A stretch of 36,594 nt of DNA from Coriobacteriales bacterium (GTDB taxonomy: Bacteria; Actinomycetota; Coriobacteriia; Coriobacteriales; UBA8131): positions 1 through 36,594 of the forward strand of contig JAISGJ010000070.1 of NCBI GenBank assembly GCA_031263105.1. The letters are read 5' to 3'. Made by a program: the position numbers and the translations under genes. Below are positions 30,672 to 36,594 of this stretch, one piece after another; position 1 is the first letter of the stretch; every line of letters begins with the position of its first letter. Below the pieces are notes generated by a model that saw only the letters and a program-made list of their open reading frames with translations, made no database searches and had not been told where the DNA came from.

Positions 30672-30955
30672 CGTTGCTGCCCGCGCCCCACTGTCATCCC
30701 GAGCCTGCCGAGGGATCCTTGAACCCGAGCGCCCGGAAAACGCACCGCGTTTTCAGCGAGGACGGGCCGACAGGCCCACGGGACCCGAGCGCCCGGAAAA
30801 CGCACCGCGTTCTCAGCGAGGACGGGCCGACAGGCCCACGGAACCCGCAGTGTCCAACCGCAGGTCGGGAGGCCCTTCGACCTGCGGTCGACCGCTGGCG
30901 CGGTCGAGGATTCCTCGGCGGGCCTCGGAATGACAATAGGGTGTGAACGGCAACT
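30672..30955. mobile_element. Palindromic MITE/REPIN-like element, copy E, with an internal 60-nt tandem duplication
   Basis: Arms CCCCACTGTCATCCCGAGCCTGCCGAGGGATC / GATTCCTCGGCGGGCCTCGGAATGACAATAGGGTGTGA; core as in copy B; ACCCGAGCGCCCGGAAAACGCACCGCG... repeated at period 60. Confidence 0.8.
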
Positions 30956-31064
30956 ACGGAGGTGGCGTGAGTGCACTAATTCTCAATTTCCAGTAGACCT
31001 CGGCGCAAAAACAGTGATAATGGGGAACCTGCAAAGTCTCACTGTGAAAGGATGTGGTATCGAC

Positions 31065-32633
31065 ATGGTCATCGGTATTCCCCTGGAATCTGAGCCGAGG
31101 GAGACGAGGGTCGCCGCAACGCCGAAGTCGGTTGCGCAGCTTGTCAAGCTCGGTTATGAGGTGCGCATCGAGGCCGGGGCAGGGGCGAAGGCGGCCTTTC
31201 CCGACGATGCCTATGTCGCTGCCGGGGCCGAGGTCGCAGACCGGGCAACGACATGGGCCAGCGACGTCGTGGCGAAGATAAACCCGCCATCCGACGAGGA
31301 GCTTGCCGCCATGAAGGCAGGCGCCTTCCTTGTCAGCCTCATCGCCGCGCCGCGCTCGCCGGAGCTTCTGGAGAAACTGGCGGCCGCGAGGCTGACCGTC
31401 CTTGCGATGGACTCCGTCCCCCGTATCTCGCGGGCCCAGTCCCTCGACGTGATCTCCTCGATGGCGAACATCGGCGGGTACCGGGCCATCATCGAGGCCG
31501 CCCATGAGTTCGGCTCCTTCTTCACGGGCCAGGTCACGGCGGCGGGCAAAGTGCCTCCCGCCAAGGTCTTCGTCTCCGGGGCCGGCGTCGCCGGCCTCGC
31601 CGCCATCGGCACGGCGCGCGCCCTCGGGGCCATCGTGCGCGCCACGGACATCCGCATCGAGGCGGCCGAGCAGGTGGAGTCGATGGGCGCCGAGTTCGTC
31701 GCCGTCCAGTCAGCCGACCAGCAGCGGTCCACCGACGGCTATGCCAAGGAGGCATCCGAGGACTACGCCGCCGCCGCCGCCCTCATGTATGCCGAACAGG
31801 CACAGGACGTCGACATCATCGTGACGACCGCCCTCATCCCCGGCAGGCCCGCACCCCGCCTCGTCACCGAGGAGATGGTCGCCTCGATGAAGCCGGGTTC
31901 CGTCATCGTCGATATGGCGGCCGCCGCAGGCGGGAACGTCGCCGGCTCCAAGCCCGACGAGATCGTGGTGACCAAGAACGACGTGAGGATAATCGGCTAC
32001 ACGGACCTGCCGGGGCGTCTGCCCACGCAGTCCTCGCAGCTGTTCGCCACGAACATCGTCAACCTCATGAAGCTGCTCACGCCTGCCAAGGACGGCAGCC
32101 TCGTGCTCGACTTCGAGGACGCCGTGCAGCGCGGCATGACCGTCGTGCGCGACGGGGAGGTGACCTGGCCGCCCCCGCAGGTCGCGGTCTCGGCCGCCCC
32201 CGCGCAGGCGCAGGCGCAGGAGGCCCCCGTGCCCGCGAAGAAGGAGAAGAAGCCGCCTGACCCCAAGGCCACCTATGGCCTCCTGGCCCTTGCCGCCGCC
32301 GCCCTGCTGGCACTGTTCTTCTTCTCGCCCGCAGGGCTGCTCGGCCACTTCATGGTGTTCATGCTGTCGGTCGTCATCGGTTTCTATGTCATCGGCAACG
32401 TCTCCCATTCGCTGCACACGCCGCTGATGAGCGTCACGAACGCCATTTCCGGCATCATCGTCGTCGGCTGCCTTGTGGGCCTGACGATGGTCGATAAGGG
32501 CGGGTCCGTGACGGACGGCATGAACCTCCCCATCGTCGTCCTGTCGGTTGCGGGCATCCTGCTCGCCTCCATCAACGTCTTCGGCGGCTTCACCGTGACC
32601 GACCGCATGCTCAAGATGTTCAGGAAGGGGTGA
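31065..32633 (+). CDS. pntA: NAD(P) transhydrogenase subunit alpha
   Basis: [47 protein letters not shown] and [14 protein letters not shown] motifs. Confidence 0.98.
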   Translation: MVIGIPLESEPRETRVAATPKSVAQLVKLGYEVRIEAGAGAKAAFPDDAYVAAGAEVADRATTWASDVVAKINPPSDEELAAMKAGAFLVSLIAAPRSPELLEKLAAARLTVLAMDSVPRISRAQSLDVISSMANIGGYRAIIEAAHEFGSFFTGQVTAAGKVPPAKVFVSGAGVAGLAAIGTARALGAIVRATDIRIEAAEQVESMGAEFVAVQSADQQRSTDGYAKEASEDYAAAAALMYAEQAQDVDIIVTTALIPGRPAPRLVTEEMVASMKPGSVIVDMAAAAGGNVAGSKPDEIVVTKNDVRIIGYTDLPGRLPTQSSQLFATNIVNLMKLLTPAKDGSLVLDFEDAVQRGMTVVRDGEVTWPPPQVAVSAAPAQAQAQEAPVPAKKEKKPPDPKATYGLLALAAAALLALFFFSPAGLLGHFMVFMLSVVIGFYVIGNVSHSLHTPLMSVTNAISGIIVVGCLVGLTMVDKGGSVTDGMNLPIVVLSVAGILLASINVFGGFTVTDRMLKMFRKG

Positions 32634-32637
32634 GAAC

Positions 32638-34065
32638 ATGAGCGTCTCTTTGATAAACGGCTCCTTCATCGTCGCGGGCCTGCTCTTCATCCTCGCGCTG
32701 GCCGGCCTCTCGAAGCATGAGACCTCCAAGCGGGGCAACATCCTCGGCGCCCTCGGCATGGCGCTCGCGCTCGTCTTCACCGTACTCGGTGTCGTCTTCG
32801 GCACTGCCTCCGGCGCATTCCCTGTGGCGCCGGCCGCTCCCCCGTGGGCGATCGGTGCCATCCTTGTCGCGGTGGCCGTCGGCGGCGTCATCGGCGTGAT
32901 GCGCGCCCTGCGCGTCGAGATGACAGGGATGCCCGAGCTCATCGCCCTGTTCCATAGCTTCGTCGGCCTGGCGGCCGTGCTCGTCGGCTGGACGACCTAT
33001 GCTGCGGCCTTTGCCAAGGGGCACTTCGACCCGCTGCACTCGGGCGAGCTCTTCATAGGGGTGTTCATCGGCGCGGTCACGTTCACCGGCTCGATCATCG
33101 CCTATCTCAAGCTGTCGGCCAAGATGAGGTCCGCCCCCCTGATGCTGCCCGCCCATAACCTGCTGAACCTCGGCGCCCTCGTGGCCTTTGTCGTCCTGAC
33201 GGTGCTGTTCGTGCTGTACCCCGCAGGGACGGGCGGCCTCGTCCTTTTGTCCGTCATGACGCTCCTCGCGTTGCTTCTGGGCCTTCACCTGGTCGCCTCC
33301 ATCGGCGGTGGCGACATGCCCGTGGTCGTCTCGATGCTCAACTCCTATTCCGGTTGGGCCGCCGCCGCCGCCGGCTTCACGCTGGACAACGACCTGCTCA
33401 TCATCACGGGGGCCCTGGTCGGCTCGTCGGGCGCCTACCTGTCCTACATCATGTGCAAGGCGATGAACCGCTCCTTCATCTCCGTCATAGCGGGCGGCTT
33501 CGGCTCCGACGGCGCGGTCGTCGGCGAGCAGAAGGACTATGGGGAGCACCGCGAGATCAGTGCCGCCGATGCCGCCGACCTGCTCAAGGGCGCCTCGTCG
33601 GTCATCATCGCGCCGGGCTACGGCATGGCGGTCGCCCAGGCCCAGGGGACGGTCGCCGACCTGACGAGCAGGCTGCAGGCGCAGGGCGTCAACGTCCGCT
33701 TCGGCATCCATCCGGTGGCGGGGCGCCTGCCCGGCCACATGAACGTGCTGCTCGCCGAGGCCAAGGTGCCCTATGACATTGTGCTGGAGATGGACGAGAT
33801 AAACGAGGACTTCGCCGAGACCGACGTCGTGCTCGTCATCGGCGCCAACGACACGGTCAACCCTGCAGCCTCCGAGGACCCCGCCTCGCCCATCGCCGGG
33901 ATGCCCGTCCTCGAGGTATGGAAGGCCGCCCAGGTCATCGTGTTCAAGCGCTCGATGGCCACAGGCTATGCCGGTGTGCAGAACCCCCTGTTCTTCAAGG
34001 AGAACACCACCATGCTCTTCGGCGATGCCAAGGAGCGGGTCGCGGACATCGTCAGCGCGTTGTAG
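32638..34065 (+). CDS. pntB: NAD(P) transhydrogenase subunit beta
   Basis: [61 protein letters not shown] and GANDTVNP motifs. Confidence 0.98.
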   Translation: MSVSLINGSFIVAGLLFILALAGLSKHETSKRGNILGALGMALALVFTVLGVVFGTASGAFPVAPAAPPWAIGAILVAVAVGGVIGVMRALRVEMTGMPELIALFHSFVGLAAVLVGWTTYAAAFAKGHFDPLHSGELFIGVFIGAVTFTGSIIAYLKLSAKMRSAPLMLPAHNLLNLGALVAFVVLTVLFVLYPAGTGGLVLLSVMTLLALLLGLHLVASIGGGDMPVVVSMLNSYSGWAAAAAGFTLDNDLLIITGALVGSSGAYLSYIMCKAMNRSFISVIAGGFGSDGAVVGEQKDYGEHREISAADAADLLKGASSVIIAPGYGMAVAQAQGTVADLTSRLQAQGVNVRFGIHPVAGRLPGHMNVLLAEAKVPYDIVLEMDEINEDFAETDVVLVIGANDTVNPAASEDPASPIAGMPVLEVWKAAQVIVFKRSMATGYAGVQNPLFFKENTTMLFGDAKERVADIVSAL

Positions 34066-34124
34066 CCGGGGCGCAACCTGTCCCGTCGCCCCGACAGGCC
34101 GCCCCAGCTTGCAAGGAGCCTCGT

Positions 34125-36434
34125 TTGCCCATACGCACGGTACAGTCAAACTGCCACTACTGCGGCTACCTTTGCGGCTTCTGGGCCACGGTCGAGGACG
34201 GGCCTTCCGGCCAGCGGCTTGTCGGCCTTGCCCCGGACCCCTCGCGCTACCCGTACAGTGAGCGCATCACGAACGGCTGCCTGCGCTGGCGCATGAACCT
34301 CGAGCAGATAGACGCGCCCGAGCGTGTGAACCACCCGTTGCGCCGGGCAGGGGAGCGCGGCGGCGGCCAATGGGAGCGTGTCGGCTGGGACGAGGCCCTC
34401 GACGACATCGCGGCCCGTCTCCAGGACCTGGCCCGCAGGCACGGCCCCCAGACGCTCGCCTCCGCCATCGGCGGGCCGCACGCGACGTACTGGCCTCTGC
34501 ACCGCTTCCTCAACCTCTTCGGCACGCCCAACAACATGGGCATCGGCCAGATATGCTGGAACACCCGCATCTGGATGGACTGCCTCGCCTACGGCTGGCC
34601 CATCGAGGTCGCCTTCGACCCTGCGGTGACCGGTGCGCTCTTTTTGTGGGGCACCAACCCTGCCGAGAGCGACAACCTGCTGTTCTGGCGCACCCTGCTG
34701 ACGATGGACAAGGAGCGGACCCCCCTCGTCGTCATCGACCCGCGCACGACGCGCACCGCCCGCATCGCCACGCTGCACCTCGCACCGCGCCCCGGCACGG
34801 ACTGCACGCTGGCCCTGGCGCTCATCCGCCAGATCGTCGCGACGGGCCGCACCGACCGCGCCTTCGTCGAGCGCTGGTGCCACGGCTACGACGAGCTCGT
34901 CGAGCACGTGGACCCCTACACCCTGGAGCGCGCCGAGGAGGTGACGGGCGTTGCCGCCGCAGACGTCGCCGAGGCCGCGCGCCTGTTCTCCGAGCCCGCC
35001 CCCACGGCCCTGCTCTCCGGGCGCGGCATCGACCAGCTCGGGCCGAACACCGCGCCCACGCACCGTGCGCTCTCCATCCTGCGCGCCGTCACCGGCGACG
35101 TCGACCGTGCGGGGGCCTGCCTCGTCGAGGGCATGAGCGACTTCGTCCCCGAGATAGACCTGGAGATGAGCGCGTGGCTTGCCCCCGAGCAGCGTGCCGC
35201 CCAGCTCAACATCGGGCATAGCGCGTTGCAGAGCTATCCCGGCTACGAGGGGGCCTCGCTGCTCACGGGGCGCTTCGGTAAGCGCCTCCCGATGCGCTAC
35301 CTCACCTCCGCCCATCCCAACCTGGTCTGGCGGGCGATGCTCACGGGCGAGCCCTATCCCGTGCGCGCCCTCATCTGCATGGCGGCGAACCCGCTCGTCA
35401 CCTATGCCGACGCCCATCTCGTCCACGAGGCGCTGGCCTCGCTCGATCTGCTCGTCGTGCTCGAGTACTACCTCACGCCCACCGCCCAGATGGCGGACTA
35501 CGTGCTGCCGAGCGCCGGTGCCTTCGAACGGCCGCTCATCCAGGCGCACGGAGGGGTCGCGAACTTCTGCTACGGCGGGGCGGCGGCCGTGGAGCCCTAC
35601 CACGAGCGCAAGGCGGACTACGACGTCTTCCGGGCCCTCGGCATCCGCCTGGGGCAGGAGGAGCACTGGCCGGACGAGACCCTGCAACAGGCTATCGAGC
35701 GCACCCTGGCCCCCGCCGGAATCACTTGGGAGCAATGGCGCACACGCGGCATCTACGTCCCTTCGCCCCACTTCGCCAAACACGAGTTCCCCAGTGAGCC
35801 CCCGATTCGCCCCGCCCTGCGCGAGCAGCACCCCGTAGGGGACGGCGTCCTCGACGTCCCGCCACAAGCCAATCAAGGAAACGGAACCAATGCGGGCGCT
35901 CCCGGCACCCTCCGAGGCTTCTCGACCACGACAGGCAAATTGGAGCTTGCCTGCGAGTACCTCGATTCCCTCGGCGGCGGAAGGCTGCCCTCACCCGTTC
36001 CCCTCCCCTCCGACGCCCGGCGCCCCTACACGATGATAACCGGCGCACGCACACAGCCCTACTGGGCCTCCTCGTACTTCAACAACCCGCACTTCCGCGC
36101 CCTGCACCCCGAGCCCACCGTCCAAATGAGCGCAGCGACACTCGCCGCCGCCGGCCTCGCAGAGGGCCAGTGGGTCGAGCTCTCCACCGAGCGCGGATGC
36201 GCCCGCTTCAAAGCCGAGCCCGCCGAAATCCTCGACAACGTCCTCAGCGTCGAGTACGGCTGGTGGTACCCCGAACACCCACAAGGCGAGCCCCACCTCT
36301 CAGGCCTCTGGCACTCGAACATAAACGCCCTCACAAACGCCGACATCGAACACTGCGAGCCCCTCATCGGCTCCTGGTCCTACAACGCCATCCCCTGCGC
36401 CATGGCCCCCGCAGCCTCTCCCCAAGGCGCGTAG
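34125..36434 (+). CDS. Cytoplasmic bis-MGD molybdo/tungstopterin oxidoreductase (DMSO reductase family, acetylene-hydratase-like branch)
   Basis: AAGGAG + TTG 34125; N-terminal CHYCGYLC...C 4Fe-4S motif; WDEALDDIA, WGTNPAES, VVIDPR, PRPGTD and TPTAQMADYVLP motifs; C-terminal molybdopterin dinucleotide domain; no Tat signal. Confidence 0.92.
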   Translation: MPIRTVQSNCHYCGYLCGFWATVEDGPSGQRLVGLAPDPSRYPYSERITNGCLRWRMNLEQIDAPERVNHPLRRAGERGGGQWERVGWDEALDDIAARLQDLARRHGPQTLASAIGGPHATYWPLHRFLNLFGTPNNMGIGQICWNTRIWMDCLAYGWPIEVAFDPAVTGALFLWGTNPAESDNLLFWRTLLTMDKERTPLVVIDPRTTRTARIATLHLAPRPGTDCTLALALIRQIVATGRTDRAFVERWCHGYDELVEHVDPYTLERAEEVTGVAAADVAEAARLFSEPAPTALLSGRGIDQLGPNTAPTHRALSILRAVTGDVDRAGACLVEGMSDFVPEIDLEMSAWLAPEQRAAQLNIGHSALQSYPGYEGASLLTGRFGKRLPMRYLTSAHPNLVWRAMLTGEPYPVRALICMAANPLVTYADAHLVHEALASLDLLVVLEYYLTPTAQMADYVLPSAGAFERPLIQAHGGVANFCYGGAAAVEPYHERKADYDVFRALGIRLGQEEHWPDETLQQAIERTLAPAGITWEQWRTRGIYVPSPHFAKHEFPSEPPIRPALREQHPVGDGVLDVPPQANQGNGTNAGAPGTLRGFSTTTGKLELACEYLDSLGGGRLPSPVPLPSDARRPYTMITGARTQPYWASSYFNNPHFRALHPEPTVQMSAATLAAAGLAEGQWVELSTERGCARFKAEPAEILDNVLSVEYGWWYPEHPQGEPHLSGLWHSNINALTNADIEHCEPLIGSWSYNAIPCAMAPAASPQGA
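35835..35860 (+). repeat. GTAG-type REP-like hairpin inside the oxidoreductase CDS
   Basis: GTAG followed by the imperfect palindrome GGGACG-G-CG-TCCT-CG-A-CGTCCC. Confidence 0.6.
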
Positions 36435-36594
36435 CGCCGCCCTCCTACGACCTCCATACCCGCCACGACCAAGGCGCCTAGTAGTCTGATTCAACTAAGT
36501 ATCAGGATATAGTCTATGGAGATGCACCCTCGCATCCTCTGCGGTGAACTGCCACTTGACCGCGCCCTTGGCATTGTTGCGGTCATCCTGCCAG

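Noticed and set aside
17380..30965. Target-site duplications around element copies B, C and E
   Set aside because: Flanks were inspected and no convincing direct repeats were found; only copy A shows one.
30960..31064. Rex operator upstream of pntA
   Set aside because: AT-rich, but no adequate TTGTGAA-N4-TTCACAA match.
34125..36434. Acetylene hydratase, formate dehydrogenase or nitrate reductase assignment
   Set aside because: The catalytic Asp next to the cluster Cys is absent and no specific motifs or partner subunits are seen; left at family level.

Overview
High-GC bacterial window. The gene content suggests Coriobacteriia/Eggerthellaceae (inference from the transmembrane LuxR + Tat flavoprotein pair and the ftsK-rodZ-yajQ-rimO-pgsA-cinA-recA-recX order). 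In order it contains: a divergent LuxR-TM regulator / Tat-lipoprotein flavin reductase pair; htpG; a ~10.3 kb co-directional cluster (AraC, two Fe-chelate-type binding lipoproteins, an exporter-fold ABC protein, two FecCD permeases, a FecE ATPase, two unusually short nitrogenase component-1-like proteins and a canonical nifH-like gene); ftsK; an AT-richer cassette of three hypothetical genes; rodZ, yajQ, a frameshifted rimO, pgsA, cinA, recA with an SOS box, and recX; pntAB; and a cytoplasmic molybdopterin oxidoreductase. The best candidate for an undescribed system is the nitrogenase-like reductase embedded in a probably metal-regulated chelate uptake operon. The second theme is a family of palindromic MITE/REPIN-like elements (5 copies). 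One copy sits in the htpG -10 box with a 6-bp target-site duplication, and two element arms bracket the foreign cassette. All functional assignments come from motif recognition by eye; no searches were run.
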